The notes: generated by a model not told the origin, from the letters alone. A DNA stretch of 64,000 bases from Candidatus Woesearchaeota archaeon (GCA_964467035.1 CAYXNX010000002.1:10896-74895); one strand, 5' to 3'; shown: positions 35,281 through 46,247, counted from the first letter of the stretch. A program made the numbers and translations.

Positions 35281-36710
35281 TAAGATTTACCAATATAAAT
35301 CCAATAATCTGCAGGTTCATTGCTTATAATACAATTTACTCCTTTTACTGAAGGTTGTTTTAAGGGGGAATTAAGTGTTTTAACTCCTCCTGTTTTGTGT
35401 TTCAAAATATCTTCAACTTCTTCAGAATTTTTTAATGGAACTAATACTAATTTTTGTTTTTTTAACAATTTTTCAGTTTCTTCCCAATTGTCTGATTGTG
35501 CTAAGTTGTCATAAAGCAAATTTTTTGCTTTTTTAAATAAGGAATTTTGCATTTGTTCAATTTGGTTTTTTATTGTTTTTTCTAAAGCAGATATTTTAAT
35601 TTGGTTTTTCTCTCCAGTGTCTCTTCTTACCAAAACGACTTCTTTTTTCTCTAAATCTTTTGGACCTATTTCAATCCTTAGTGGAATTCCTTTTAATTCC
35701 CATTCATTAAATTTATATCCTGGAGTTATTCCTTTTCTATTATCTAAAATTGGAGAATATTTTGATAATTTTTTTTCTAGCTCTTTTGATTTTTCTAAAA
35801 CTTTTTTGTTTGTTTCTGATTTAATAGGTATGATTGCAATTTTGTTTGGTGCGATTTTTGGAGGAAGTATAAGCCCTTTGTTGTCTGAATGAATTGCGAA
35901 CATAACTCCCAACATTCTTGTTGAAATTGCCCAAGTATTTTGCCAAGCAAATTGTTTTTTTTCATTTTTATCTAAAAATTGAATGTTATATGCTTTTGAA
36001 AAATTTTGTCCGTCATGGTGAAAATCTGGACCCTGAATTGCTTTCCCATTTGGAAGATAACTTTCAATTGTTAGTGTGTATTCTGCTCCTGCAAATTTTT
36101 CCTTGTTTGATTTTTTTCCAACAATGCCAGGAATTGCCATAAAATCTTCCATTATTTTTTTATACATATTTGTGATAGGTATTGCTTCAGCTTCAGCTTC
36201 TTTTTTTGTTGCAAAAACTGTGTGTCCTTCATTGAATATGAACTCTCTTGTTCTAAAAAAAGGAGCAGGATGTTTAAATTCCCATCTAACAACATTGCTC
36301 CATTGATTGTATTTTAGGGGTAGATCTCTCCAGCTTCTTATCCATTTGGAAAAAGAATCATACATTATTGCCTCAGAAGTGGGACGGACAGCAAGTTTTT
36401 CATTTAGTTTTGTATCTCCTGTTTGTGTTACCCATGCAACTTCGGGAGTAAAACCTTCTACATGCTCTTGTTCTTTTGTTAAAAGTGATTCTGGAATAAA
36501 CAATGGAAAATTAACATTTTGAACACCAATTTGTTTTATTTTTTTATCAACTTCGTTTCTTATTTTTTCCCAAATTGCCCAAGATGTAGGACGGAAAACA
36601 ATACATCCTGAAACTTTTGTGTAGTCTGCAAGTTCTGATTTTAAAATTAGTTCTTGATACCATTCGCTGAAATTGTCTTCTTTTTTTATTGTTATTCCTT
36701 CTTGTTCCAT
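35277..36710 (-). CDS. proS: Prolyl-tRNA synthetase, archaeal/eukaryotic type
   Basis: Class II core (FRPTSWAIWE, AVRPTSE, RTREFIFNEGH), no bacterial insertion domain, and a C-terminal domain ending in Tyr. Confidence 0.92.
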   Translation of the reverse strand: MEQEGITIKKEDNFSEWYQELILKSELADYTKVSGCIVFRPTSWAIWEKIRNEVDKKIKQIGVQNVNFPLFIPESLLTKEQEHVEGFTPEVAWVTQTGDTKLNEKLAVRPTSEAIMYDSFSKWIRSWRDLPLKYNQWSNVVRWEFKHPAPFFRTREFIFNEGHTVFATKKEAEAEAIPITNMYKKIMEDFMAIPGIVGKKSNKEKFAGAEYTLTIESYLPNGKAIQGPDFHHDGQNFSKAYNIQFLDKNEKKQFAWQNTWAISTRMLGVMFAIHSDNKGLILPPKIAPNKIAIIPIKSETNKKVLEKSKELEKKLSKYSPILDNRKGITPGYKFNEWELKGIPLRIEIGPKDLEKKEVVLVRRDTGEKNQIKISALEKTIKNQIEQMQNSLFKKAKNLLYDNLAQSDNWEETEKLLKKQKLVLVPLKNSEEVEDILKHKTGGVKTLNSPLKQPSVKGVNCIISNEPADYWIYIGKSY

Positions 36711-36732
36711 AATCTATTTTGATAAAGAATAT

Positions 36733-37620
36733 TTAAATAATTATTGTTATGTTTTGTGATTCAAATATTTCATTTATTTCATCTACTGCGTAATTTGATT
36801 CTAATGCAAAACCCAAGTTTTCTCCGCCTTGAATTTTGAAATTATTTATTCCTATTACTTCTCCTTCTGTGTTGATTAGTGGTCCTCCTGAATTTCCTGG
36901 ATTTAAGGAAGCATCAATCTGGATATATGCAGGTATTCCATTAATTCCTTCCCTATTTAGTGCAGATATAATTCCTTCAGATACTGTAAAAGATAGTCCT
37001 AAAGGATTTCCTATTGCTATTGTTTTTTCTCCTACTTTTAATTTATCTGAATCTGTGAAATTTAAACTTTCATAATTTCCTGAAATATTTAAAATAGCTA
37101 TATCTGTCTTCGGGTTATATCCTATTAAATTTGCTTTTTTCCAACGAGAGCTGTCTAAATTTAAGACCTCTGCGTAGTTTGCTCCAGACAATATATGGGC
37201 ATTTGTTACAATATATCCTTGTTTTGAAATTATAAATCCTGTCCCCTGGGAAACATCTGTTCTAATACTTACAACTGAAGGGGATACTTTTTCAATGATT
37301 CCTGAAAAATCAGAGTCTGTTTGAGCTTTGAGTTTGTTGAATTGTTGTGTTAAATCTTTTTCTGTTAAATACAAATTGTCACTTAATTCATTTATTTGGC
37401 TTTGGGTTTGTTGTTGGTTATCATTTATTTTTGTTTTTAATTCTTGTTCTAAATTATTTATCTGTTGTTCTAATTCTGTTTTTATTGTAATTAGGTTTAA
37501 TGCAAGCCAAATTACTGAGATTATTAAAATAATTTTTACAAAAAGAAAAATTCCCACCCCTATTTTGTGTGATTTTTTCAACCCAAATGTTTGGTTTATT
37601 TGTGTTGATTGTTTTACCAT
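36733..37620 (-). CDS. Trypsin-like serine protease (S1C/HtrA-like core, no PDZ), membrane-anchored
   Basis: TNAHIL (His), DIAIL (Asp), GNSGGPLIN (Ser), with an N-terminal TM helix plus coiled coil. Confidence 0.8.
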   Translation of the reverse strand: MVKQSTQINQTFGLKKSHKIGVGIFLFVKIILIISVIWLALNLITIKTELEQQINNLEQELKTKINDNQQQTQSQINELSDNLYLTEKDLTQQFNKLKAQTDSDFSGIIEKVSPSVVSIRTDVSQGTGFIISKQGYIVTNAHILSGANYAEVLNLDSSRWKKANLIGYNPKTDIAILNISGNYESLNFTDSDKLKVGEKTIAIGNPLGLSFTVSEGIISALNREGINGIPAYIQIDASLNPGNSGGPLINTEGEVIGINNFKIQGGENLGFALESNYAVDEINEIFESQNITIII

Positions 37621-37696
37621 TATAAATTATGTAAGGTAAGTTTATTAAATGTTTTTATAGAATAATTTTTAAGGGAGTAATTGTTTAGTTTGTTAA

Positions 37697-37768
37697 GGGC
37701 CTATAGTTCAATGGATAGAACACTCGGCTTCGGACCGAGCAATCTGGGTTCGAATCCTAGTAGGCCCA
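37697..37768 (+). tRNA. tRNA-Arg (anticodon TCG)
   Basis: GGGCCTA/TAGGCCC acceptor, GTTC/GAAC D-stem, CTCGG-CTTCGGA-CCGAG anticodon arm, CTGGG-TTCGAAT-CCTAG T-arm. Confidence 0.9.
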
Positions 37769-37913
37769 TTTTAAAATGTTTTAATTTAAACAGGAGATAT
37801 TATTAAGATTGTTAAAAATATAAAAAAATTTTCCGGAATTTTGGTTTTGTGCAAAATGTTTGTTTGAGATAATTTAATAAATGCTTGTTTATTTTATTGA
37901 GAGAGGTGAGAAA

Positions 37914-39035
37914 ATGAATAAAAAATTTTGGGCAACTGCGTTTACACTTACTGGGGCAATTATTGGTGCAGGGATTTTGGGGTTGCCTTATGTTTTTGCT
38001 CAAAGCGGGTTTTTTATTGGTTTTTTTTGGCTGTTTTTTTTAGGGTTAATTATGTATTATATTAATCTTTCTTTAGGGGAAGTGACTTTGAGGACTAAAA
38101 AAAATTATCAGCTTCCTGGTTATGCGAGGAAATATCTGGGGAAGTGGGGGGAAAAATTTATGTTTTTGGCTTTGGTTTTTGGTGTTTATTCTGCTTTGCT
38201 AGCTTATCTTATTGGAGAAGGAGAAAGTCTTTCTATTTTGTTTTTTGGCAAGGTTAATTTTGCAGTTTATTTTGCTTTAGGTTTTTGGGGGATTATGGTT
38301 TTTTTATTGGGAAAAGGCATTAAAGGGTTAAAAAAGGTTGAAACTTGGGGAGTTCTTATAATTATAGGTTTGGTTTTAGGTGTTTTTGTTTGGTTTTTTC
38401 CACAAGTTGATTATTCTAATGTTGTTTATTTTGATATTGGAAAATTTTTTGTTCCTTTTGGAGTTACTCTTTTTGCTTTTTTAGGATTTACTTCAGTTCC
38501 AGAATTAAGAAGGGAAATTAAGGGGGAAGAAAAAAAATTAGGCAAAGCGATTTTGGTTGGTGTTTTAATTCCTGTAATTTTGTATGTTCTTTTTACTTTT
38601 GTTTTTGTTGGAGTTTTGGGAGAAAATATTCCTGAAGTGGCAACAATTGCGTTTGGCAAGGTAACTCTTTTGTTAGGAATTTTTACTATGTTAACAAGTT
38701 ATTTTGTTTTGAGTTTTGCTTTGAAAGATACTTTTAAATATGATTTTAAAAAAGGAAAAATGTTTTGTTTGTTTTTTGTTTATCTTTTTCCATTGGGGTT
38801 GTATCTTTTTGTTAAGTTTTTTGATTTGGCTGATTTTGTTTCAGTATTGGGGCTTGGAGGGGCTATTAGTGCTGGGGCTACAGGAATTATGGGGTTGTTA
38901 GTTCATAGGAAAGCTAAAATTTTTGGTGAGAGGAAACCAGAAACTCAAGTATTTAGTAATATATGGGTTATTATAATTTTAAGTTTGATGTTCATTATTG
39001 GGATTGGTATTGAACTTGTTAACTTTTTTAAATGA
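37914..39035 (+). CDS. Amino-acid permease (AAAP/HAAAP-like transporter)
   Basis: GAGGTGA precedes the ATG. Contains FWATAFTLTGAIIGAGILGLPYVFAQSG and about 11 TM helices. Confidence 0.7.
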   Translation: MNKKFWATAFTLTGAIIGAGILGLPYVFAQSGFFIGFFWLFFLGLIMYYINLSLGEVTLRTKKNYQLPGYARKYLGKWGEKFMFLALVFGVYSALLAYLIGEGESLSILFFGKVNFAVYFALGFWGIMVFLLGKGIKGLKKVETWGVLIIIGLVLGVFVWFFPQVDYSNVVYFDIGKFFVPFGVTLFAFLGFTSVPELRREIKGEEKKLGKAILVGVLIPVILYVLFTFVFVGVLGENIPEVATIAFGKVTLLLGIFTMLTSYFVLSFALKDTFKYDFKKGKMFCLFFVYLFPLGLYLFVKFFDLADFVSVLGLGGAISAGATGIMGLLVHRKAKIFGERKPETQVFSNIWVIIILSLMFIIGIGIELVNFFK

Positions 39036-39053
39036 TAATCTGCTTTAATAAAA

Positions 39054-40532
39054 ATGAATGATTTAGATTTTGTTAAAAAACATCAAAAAGAAATTATTTT
39101 ATTATCTAGTGCTGGGGTTTTGATGGGGTGGGATCAGCAAGTTTATATGCCTGAGCTGGGAAGTGATTCAAGAGCTAAAACTTCTTCTTTAGTGAGTAGT
39201 TTGATTCATGAAAAAATTGCTGACGATGATTTTTTTAAAGCATTAAAAAGATTGAAAAAAGAAGATTTGAAAAAAGAGGATAAAATAATGGTGGAAAGAG
39301 TTTGCAAAGATGTTGAAAAAACGAGAAAACTTCCTAAAGAGTTTGTCGAGGAGCTTAGTGAAATAGAATCTCTTGGATTTTCTGCTTGGCAAAAAGCAAA
39401 AAAGAAAAACGATTTTAAGATTTTTCAACCTTATTTAGAAAAGTTGGTTGAATTAAATAAGAAGAAAGCAAATTATTATGGGTATAAAGGACATATTTAT
39501 AATGCTTTGTTAGATGATTATGAAGAGGGTATGAGTGTTGAAGAACTGAAGCCGAAATTTAAAAAACTAAAAAAAGAATTAATTGAATTATTGAATAAAA
39601 TTGAAAGTTCTCAAAAGTATAAAGAGATTGAAAAACAAAAAATTAAGATTTTAAATGAAAATCAAATGGAATTGGTGAAGGATGTTTCTGAGAGAATTGG
39701 TTTAGAAAATAAAAATACAAGGATTGATTTTTCAGAGCATCCATTTACAACTAAGATTGGGTTTAATGATGTAAGAATTACTACGAATATAAGAGATGAT
39801 GTGTTTTTTTCTTTTACTTCAACAGTTCATGAGGCAGGACATGCGTTATATGAATTACAAATGCCTGAGAAACACAAATATGATTTTTTAGGAGAAGCTC
39901 CTAGTTTGGGTTTGCATGAGTCACAATCTCGGTTGTGGGAAAATATGGTTGGGAAAAGTAAGAATTTTTGGATTTATTATAGTAAAAAATTTGATAAAAT
40001 TTTTGGAGAAAAGAAAGGCAAAGATTTTTGGTATGAATCAATTAATTGTGTTTTTCCAGGGAAGATAAGGGTTGAGTCAGATGAAGTTCATTATTGTTTG
40101 CATATTATTTTAAGGTTTGAGTTAGAATTGGGTTTGATGGAAGGGAGTATTAAGGTGGATGAATTGCCGAAAATTTGGAATGAAAAAATGAAAGAGTTTT
40201 TTGGAGTTAAAGTTGAGAATGATGCCGAGGGTGTTTTGCAAGATGTTCATTGGAGTGAAGGAATTTTTGGTTATTTTCCAACTTATGCTTTGGGAACGAT
40301 TTATGCTACACAGATTTATGATGTTATGAAAGGAGAAATTAAGGATTTGGAAAAAAAGATTTCTCGAGGGGATTTTGGAGATATAAGGGATTGGTTAGAA
40401 AAAAATATTCATAAGTATGGGAGAAAATATTTGTCTGAAAATTTGATTAAAAAAGTTACTGGAAGAGGATTAGATATTGAAAATTATGTACGATATTTGA
40501 ATGAGAAGTATGGTGAGATTTATGGATTTTAA
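39054..40532 (+). CDS. Metallocarboxypeptidase, family M32 (Taq-type)
   Basis: HEAGHALYE, HESQSRLWEN and IRVESDEVHYCLHIILRFELE. Confidence 0.9.
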   Translation: MNDLDFVKKHQKEIILLSSAGVLMGWDQQVYMPELGSDSRAKTSSLVSSLIHEKIADDDFFKALKRLKKEDLKKEDKIMVERVCKDVEKTRKLPKEFVEELSEIESLGFSAWQKAKKKNDFKIFQPYLEKLVELNKKKANYYGYKGHIYNALLDDYEEGMSVEELKPKFKKLKKELIELLNKIESSQKYKEIEKQKIKILNENQMELVKDVSERIGLENKNTRIDFSEHPFTTKIGFNDVRITTNIRDDVFFSFTSTVHEAGHALYELQMPEKHKYDFLGEAPSLGLHESQSRLWENMVGKSKNFWIYYSKKFDKIFGEKKGKDFWYESINCVFPGKIRVESDEVHYCLHIILRFELELGLMEGSIKVDELPKIWNEKMKEFFGVKVENDAEGVLQDVHWSEGIFGYFPTYALGTIYATQIYDVMKGEIKDLEKKISRGDFGDIRDWLEKNIHKYGRKYLSENLIKKVTGRGLDIENYVRYLNEKYGEIYGF

Positions 40533-41878
40533 TTAAGCTTTTTTTCTAAAAGTTTTTTTGCGATTTTAAAATCAGCTCTACGATTGGAAATTTTCATAAC
40601 TTGTCCGATTAAAAAATTTAAAGCTTTTTGTTCTCCAGAGCAGTAATCATTAACAGCTTGGGGATTTTCTTTTATAGCTTGTTTGACGAATTTTTCAATT
40701 TCTTTTTCAGAGGTTTTTTCTATATCTTTTTTTTGTGAAATTGAAAAGGATTTTGGAATAAATTCATTTAACAATTGTTTAGCTTTTAGTTCTGTGATTG
40801 TTTTGTTTGTTACATTTTTTATTAGTTCTGCAAAGTGTTCAACCTGAATTTCAATTTCGTCTAAAGTTTTTTTGTTGTAGTTTAAGACTCTTAAGAGTTC
40901 TATAGTAATCCATGAAAGATGTTTTTGAATGTTTAAATGCTTTCCAAGTTGTTCGACAAATTCTACAAGTTCGAGGTTTTTTGTTAAGATTTCTGCATCT
41001 TTTTTTGGTATTTTATGTTCTTTAATTAGCTTTTTTAATTTTTGTTCAGGAGTTTCGGGCAAGTTTTTTGAAGTTTTTTCAACTTGGGATTTTGAAATTT
41101 TGATTACTGGGAGATCTGGGTCTGAAATGAATTTATAATCTGCGGCTTGTTCTTTTTTTCTCATCGGCTCTGTTTGGTTTTTTTTAGAATTCCAACGGCG
41201 AGTTTCCATTGATTTTGGAGGTGTTTTTTTGTGGCGTTGAAGTTCTGAGTCAATGGCTTTGACAATTTCTGAAATTGAATTAACATTTTTAATTTCTGTG
41301 CGTTCAGAGATTCCTGAGATGTTTACATTAACATCTGCCTTAATTCCTGCTTTTTTATCTAATGCTTTAATGTAAGATAAAGTTAGAATTAGTTTTTTCA
41401 ACCATTCAGAGACTTCATAACTTGAAGAAAAGTCTGGTTCTGTTACTATTTCAATTAAAGGAGCTCCGGAGCGATTGTAATCTATTTGTCCTGTTTTTGG
41501 GTCCCATGCTGCAGGGTCTTCTTCTAAATGAAGTTCGCGAATTTTTATTTTGTGAAATTTTCCGTTTTCTCCAATAGGGATTGCATAGGTTCCTGATAAA
41601 GTATTTTGATAACCTTTTGGAAGGTCTGGCCAAGAATAATGTTTTCTTTGCCAAATAAGTTTTTTTGGCGAGGTATTGATTTTTGTTCCAAGCATTAGAC
41701 CAATTTGGACTGATTTTTTTAAAGCTTCTGAGTTTGGTAAAAGGGGTTTGCTTCCGGGTTGGCCTGTGCAAATTGGGCAGATTTCAGTGTTTGGGGATTT
41801 AGATGTTCGAGAACAGCAACAAAAAAGTTTTTCGTTAGTGTTTAAATATCCATGAATTTCTAATCCTATTTTATCCAT
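40529..41878 (-). CDS. gatB: Asp/Glu-tRNA amidotransferase subunit B
   Basis: IGLEIHGYLNTNEKLFCCC N-terminus, a C-terminal GatB/YqeY-like domain, 449 aa. Confidence 0.85.
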   Translation of the reverse strand: MDKIGLEIHGYLNTNEKLFCCCSRTSKSPNTEICPICTGQPGSKPLLPNSEALKKSVQIGLMLGTKINTSPKKLIWQRKHYSWPDLPKGYQNTLSGTYAIPIGENGKFHKIKIRELHLEEDPAAWDPKTGQIDYNRSGAPLIEIVTEPDFSSSYEVSEWLKKLILTLSYIKALDKKAGIKADVNVNISGISERTEIKNVNSISEIVKAIDSELQRHKKTPPKSMETRRWNSKKNQTEPMRKKEQAADYKFISDPDLPVIKISKSQVEKTSKNLPETPEQKLKKLIKEHKIPKKDAEILTKNLELVEFVEQLGKHLNIQKHLSWITIELLRVLNYNKKTLDEIEIQVEHFAELIKNVTNKTITELKAKQLLNEFIPKSFSISQKKDIEKTSEKEIEKFVKQAIKENPQAVNDYCSGEQKALNFLIGQVMKISNRRADFKIAKKLLEKKLN

Positions 41879-42039
41879 TTTAATTTGAGGAGAGAAGGGT
41901 TTTTATTATTTGTGGGCTTTAAAATTTTAATTTTAACAAAAAATTAATAAATAACCTTTTACTACTTTTGTAAGATAAACGCATTTTAAACAAAAGATAT
42001 AAATACTGAGGGTAGCTTATATTTAAATCCTATTTGAGC

Positions 42040-42480
42040 ATGGAAAAAGTTATTAAAGAAAAAATTAGCGCAGATCATTTGCTTTATGTAAGTTTAAAAT
42101 ATACTAAAACTTCTGAAGTAATTGTAAATCTTATTCTTAGGTGGAGTGTTATGATTGACCATTCTATTAGTGCTTTGCTTTCACATGCGAAAAAGAAGAA
42201 AATGATTAAATCAATTCCAATCTCGCCAAAACCACGGATTGATTTAGTGAGGGAAGTTTTTAAAGATGAGAAAATTATTCAAGAAACAATAGACTTGTAT
42301 GAGATGTTTAGAAGAATAAATATATTAAATAAAGAATCTGAAGGGGAATTTAGAAAGAATGTGGCTTTAAAGGTGGATTATAGGGGTAAAACTGTTAAGG
42401 TAAATCTTGATAAGTTAAAAGAATATGCTACAACTTTGGAAAATTTTATAAATTATCTTAAACAGTTTCTTTCAACATAA
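42040..42480 (+). CDS. Hypothetical protein
   Basis: ATG at 42040 (the track start at 42034 is TTG). No motif recognised. Confidence 0.45.
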   Translation: MEKVIKEKISADHLLYVSLKYTKTSEVIVNLILRWSVMIDHSISALLSHAKKKKMIKSIPISPKPRIDLVREVFKDEKIIQETIDLYEMFRRINILNKESEGEFRKNVALKVDYRGKTVKVNLDKLKEYATTLENFINYLKQFLST

Positions 42481-42487
42481 TTGAAAA

Positions 42488-43240
42488 ATGTCAAGGTTCA
42501 TTGTTATAACATCTGGTAAAGGTGGAGTTGGTAAAACAACAAGTGCTGTTAATTTAGCTACTGCTATTAATTCTTTTGATGAAGATGTTACTCTTGTTGA
42601 TGTTAATTTGACAACTCCTAATGTTGGTTTGCATTTGGGGGCTCCGGTGGTGCCTTTAACATTTAATCATGTTCTTTCAGGAAAAGCTGATCTTGTAGAT
42701 GCAATTTATGAGCATGCTTCTGGAACAAAAGTTATTCCTGCTTCGCTTTCAATTAAAGAATTGAAAGCGTTGAATGAAAGAGATTTAATAAGTACTGTAA
42801 AAGATTTGAAAAAAATTTCAGATATTGTTATTTTTGATTCAGCGGCGGGGCTTGGGGAGGAAGCTAAAGTTGCGTTGCAAATTGCTGATGAAGTTATTTT
42901 AGTTACAAATCCTGAAATGCCAGCAGTTACTGATGCATTGAAGACTGCAAAAGTTGCTCAAGATATGGGAAAAGATGTTAAAGGGGTTATTGTCAATAGG
43001 GTGAGGGGGAATAAATCTGAAATGAAACTTAAATCTATAAGAGAAATGTTGGAGCTTCCTATTTTGGGGGTGATTCCTGAAGATTCAAAAGTGCAGGAAG
43101 CTCTTTATCAAAGAAATGCTGTTTTTTTTACTCATCCAAGAAGCAAGGTAGCAAAAAATTATTACAAGTTAGCTGCTAATGTTCTTGGGCGTGAGATTCC
43201 GAAGGAAAAAGGATTTTTTTCAAGATTTTTTGGCAGATAA
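42488..43240 (+). CDS. minD: MinD/ParA-class P-loop ATPase (archaeal MinD-like)
   Basis: Deviant Walker A SGKGGVGKTT, with DSAAG and NRV motifs. Confidence 0.85.
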   Translation: MSRFIVITSGKGGVGKTTSAVNLATAINSFDEDVTLVDVNLTTPNVGLHLGAPVVPLTFNHVLSGKADLVDAIYEHASGTKVIPASLSIKELKALNERDLISTVKDLKKISDIVIFDSAAGLGEEAKVALQIADEVILVTNPEMPAVTDALKTAKVAQDMGKDVKGVIVNRVRGNKSEMKLKSIREMLELPILGVIPEDSKVQEALYQRNAVFFTHPRSKVAKNYYKLAANVLGREIPKEKGFFSRFFGR

Positions 43241-43270
43241 ATTTTTATAATTGTTTGTTTATGTTTTAAA

Positions 43271-43477
43271 ATGGGTTATAATCCTTTAGAATTAAATGAT
43301 AAAACTAAAAGAAATATTGAAAGACATTTAGGGTTATCTATGGGTTCAATAAAGAGGATGACTCCTGAGGAAATGGATAATTATATTGCTCGTCGAAGTG
43401 GAAGGAAAGAAATTCCCCTTGGTTATAGTTCTTTATTAAGATTGGTTAGTAGGGAAGAAATAGATAAAAGATTGTAG
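43271..43477 (+). CDS. Small hypothetical protein (68 aa)
   Basis: ATG ORF following minD. No family recognised. Confidence 0.35.
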   Translation: MGYNPLELNDKTKRNIERHLGLSMGSIKRMTPEEMDNYIARRSGRKEIPLGYSSLLRLVSREEIDKRL

Positions 43478-43488
43478 GATTGGGTAAA

Positions 43489-45261
43489 TTAACTAACTTT
43501 TGCTCCTGGAGAGATATTTTTTTCTGGAGAAATTAGCACTACTTTTTTATGGTCGTTGGAAATTGCAGCCAATAACATGCCTTGTGATTCAATTCCTTTC
43601 ATTTTTCGAGGAGCTAAATTTGAAATAACAATTATTTGTTTTTCTTTTAATTCTTCTTTTTTGTAATAGGGTTTGATTCCTGCACATATTGTCCTGGTTT
43701 CAGTGCCTATATTGACGGAAATCTTGTAAAGTTTGTCAGCTCCTTCAATATCTTCTACTGAGATAATTTCCCCAACTTTTAAATCTAATTTTTCAAAATC
43801 TTTAAAATCAATTGTGTTCATTATTCCCTCTATTTTATTTTCTTTTTGATATTCAATTTTCTTGAATAAATTTTCTGGTTTCTTTATTTTAGTAATTTTT
43901 AGGGGTTTATTAAGATTTTCATAGTTTATTTCAAAGTTGAATGTTTTTGCGATTTTTTCACATGTTTCTGGGATGAATGGAGAAAGCAAGATTGTTATGG
44001 TTTTTATTGAGTCTGCAAGTTCGTATAAAATTTTTGAATCTTTTGTTTTCCAAGGTTTTTTATCTTGAATATATTCATTGCAAATATCAATAAAAGCGAA
44101 TATTTCATTCAAGGATTTATCTAGTTCATAATTTTCCAAATGTTTTTCAATTTTTTTTAAGTTTAATTTTTTTATTAAATTGTTTTGTTTTTTTTCTAAG
44201 CCATATTTTTCTGTTAGATTTGAAACTCGGGAGATTAAATTTCCTAGTTTATTTGCGAGTTCGTTGTTATTTCTTTTAATTAAAATTTCTTCTGAATAAT
44301 CTGAGTCTTCAAAGACATTGCATTTTAGTAATGAATATCTTGATTGGTCTGTCCCATATTTTTCAATTAGGTTTAAAGGGTCTATTACATTGCCGAGGGA
44401 TTTGCTCATTTTTTGCCCTTTGATGTTTAGATATCCGTGGACTAGTAGTTTTTTTGGAAGTTCGTAATCAGCAGACATTAACATTGCTGGCCAAATTACT
44501 GAATGAAACCAATTGATTCCTTTTCCAACAATATGCAGGTCTGCAGGCCAGTTTTCTTCAGCTCCAGAGATATAATTTATTAATGCGTCAAACCAGACAT
44601 AGATTTTGAAATTTTTATCTATTGGAGAGTCAATTCCCCAATTTAAATTAGTTCTTGAAACACATAAATCTCTGAGTTCTTCATTTTTTAATCTTGAAAT
44701 TATTTCGTTTTTTTTTGATTCAGGGATTATATAATTTTCTGCAATTTTTATTAATTTATTTTGGTATTTGCTTAGTTTGAAGAAGTAAGCATCTTCTGAA
44801 ATCCATTCTGGTTTTTTGTTGTGTTCTGGGCATTTTCCGTTAACTAATTCTTTTTCTGTAATAAAAGACTCGCAACCGGTGCAATAATATCCTTGGTATT
44901 TTCCTTTATAGATTTCACCTTTATCATAAACTTTTTGAAAAATTTCTTGAGATTTTTTTATATGTTGTTTTTCTGTGGTTCTTATGAATCTGTTGTATTT
45001 TACATTTAGTTTTTTGCATAATTGTTCAAAAATATCTGAGTTTTGTTTTACGAATTTTTTTACAGGGATTTTCTTTTCTTCTGCAACCTGGGCATTTTTT
45101 TGAGCATTTTCATCTGTGCCTGTTAAGAAAAAAACATTTTTTCCTTTTAGTTTATGCCAACGAGCAATAGCATCAGCTAAAACTTTTTCAAAAGCATGTC
45201 CAATGTGTGGGCGTGCATTAACATAATCTATTGCTGTAGTAATGTAAAATTTTTCTGTCAT
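43489..45261 (-). CDS. metG: Methionyl-tRNA synthetase with a C-terminal tRNA-binding (EMAP/Trbp111-like) domain
   Basis: ARPHIGHAFE (HIGH), KMSKSLGN (KMSKS), a CTGCE...CPEH knuckle, and a C-terminal LKVGEIISVE...ICAGI OB domain. Confidence 0.92.
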   Translation of the reverse strand: MTEKFYITTAIDYVNARPHIGHAFEKVLADAIARWHKLKGKNVFFLTGTDENAQKNAQVAEEKKIPVKKFVKQNSDIFEQLCKKLNVKYNRFIRTTEKQHIKKSQEIFQKVYDKGEIYKGKYQGYYCTGCESFITEKELVNGKCPEHNKKPEWISEDAYFFKLSKYQNKLIKIAENYIIPESKKNEIISRLKNEELRDLCVSRTNLNWGIDSPIDKNFKIYVWFDALINYISGAEENWPADLHIVGKGINWFHSVIWPAMLMSADYELPKKLLVHGYLNIKGQKMSKSLGNVIDPLNLIEKYGTDQSRYSLLKCNVFEDSDYSEEILIKRNNNELANKLGNLISRVSNLTEKYGLEKKQNNLIKKLNLKKIEKHLENYELDKSLNEIFAFIDICNEYIQDKKPWKTKDSKILYELADSIKTITILLSPFIPETCEKIAKTFNFEINYENLNKPLKITKIKKPENLFKKIEYQKENKIEGIMNTIDFKDFEKLDLKVGEIISVEDIEGADKLYKISVNIGTETRTICAGIKPYYKKEELKEKQIIVISNLAPRKMKGIESQGMLLAAISNDHKKVVLISPEKNISPGAKVS

Positions 45262-45509
45262 TTTTCCTTCAATTTTGGTTTGTTGGTGAATTTAATTCTT
45301 AGAATTATTTAAAGATTTGGATAACTAATTTATTGGTATTTTGTAGGGGATTAGTTATTGGAAAAGTGCAAGAAAGGAGGAGGGTTTGGGGTTAAATTAT
45401 TTTTGAAGTGGGTTTTTGAGTAGTTGGATTTGAGATTTTTATTATTTTGTTATAAATTAAATTTTTGAATATCAGTAAGTTTTTTAAATATTGGATTGTT
45501 AGTTTAATT

Positions 45510-46157
45510 ATGTTTAAGAAAAACAAATGCTCCAATTGTGGAGGTAAAATTTCTAAGGATTTTGAATTTTGCCCTTATTGTGGTAATAATTTACAAAGCG
45601 ATAGTGGAAACTATGGGTTTTTGGGAAAAAGTGATTCTGAAAATTTAGAAGACAATTTGCCTTTTGGATTTGGGGCTGTTTTAAAACCTTTGATGAAAGA
45701 GTTGACAAAACAAATGTCTCAGCTTGATAAAGAACTTAAAAGAGATAATGGGAAAGATAATTTTAAAAATACTGGTTTTAGTGTAAATTTTTCAACTCCT
45801 GGGCATAAACCAATAAAAATCAAAGCAGTTGGTCCAAATGCTAGAAAGGAAATTGAAAAGAAAAAACCATTAGAATTGCCAAAATTTTCTGAAGATAAAT
45901 TGAGAAAAATGAGAAAATCAAAAAGGGAAGAGCCAAAGACTTCGGTTAGAAGATTGTCAGACAGTGTTGTTTATGAGCTTGATGTTCCTAAGGTTGATTC
46001 TTTAGAAAATGTTAATATAACTAAACTTGAAAATTCTTTTGAAATTAAGGCTATTTCAGAAGATGTTGTTTATGAAAAAAATATTGAAGTTAGTTTTCCT
46101 CTAGTAAGTTATTCTTTAGAAAATTCTTCTTTAATTTTAGAGTTTGGGGCTAAGTAA
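45510..46157 (+). CDS. Zinc-ribbon protein with a possible C-terminal Hsp20/ACD-like beta domain
   Basis: CSNCGGKISKDFEFCPYCG. C-terminus VVYELDVPKVDSLENVNITKLENSFEIKA. Confidence 0.45.
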   Translation: MFKKNKCSNCGGKISKDFEFCPYCGNNLQSDSGNYGFLGKSDSENLEDNLPFGFGAVLKPLMKELTKQMSQLDKELKRDNGKDNFKNTGFSVNFSTPGHKPIKIKAVGPNARKEIEKKKPLELPKFSEDKLRKMRKSKREEPKTSVRRLSDSVVYELDVPKVDSLENVNITKLENSFEIKAISEDVVYEKNIEVSFPLVSYSLENSSLILEFGAK

Positions 46158-46172
46158 TTTTAAAATTTTAAA

Positions 46173-46247
46173 TGAGCCTGCACGGATTCGAACCGTGGAC
46201 CCCTACCTTATCAGAGTAGTGCTCTAACCTGGCTGAGCTACAGGCTC
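46173..46247 (-). tRNA. tRNA-Ile (anticodon GAT)
   Basis: The reverse complement gives GAGCCTG/CAGGCTC acceptor, GCTC/GAGC D-stem, CTACT-CTGATAA-GGTAG anticodon arm, CACGG-TTCGAAT-CCGTG T-arm. Confidence 0.9.
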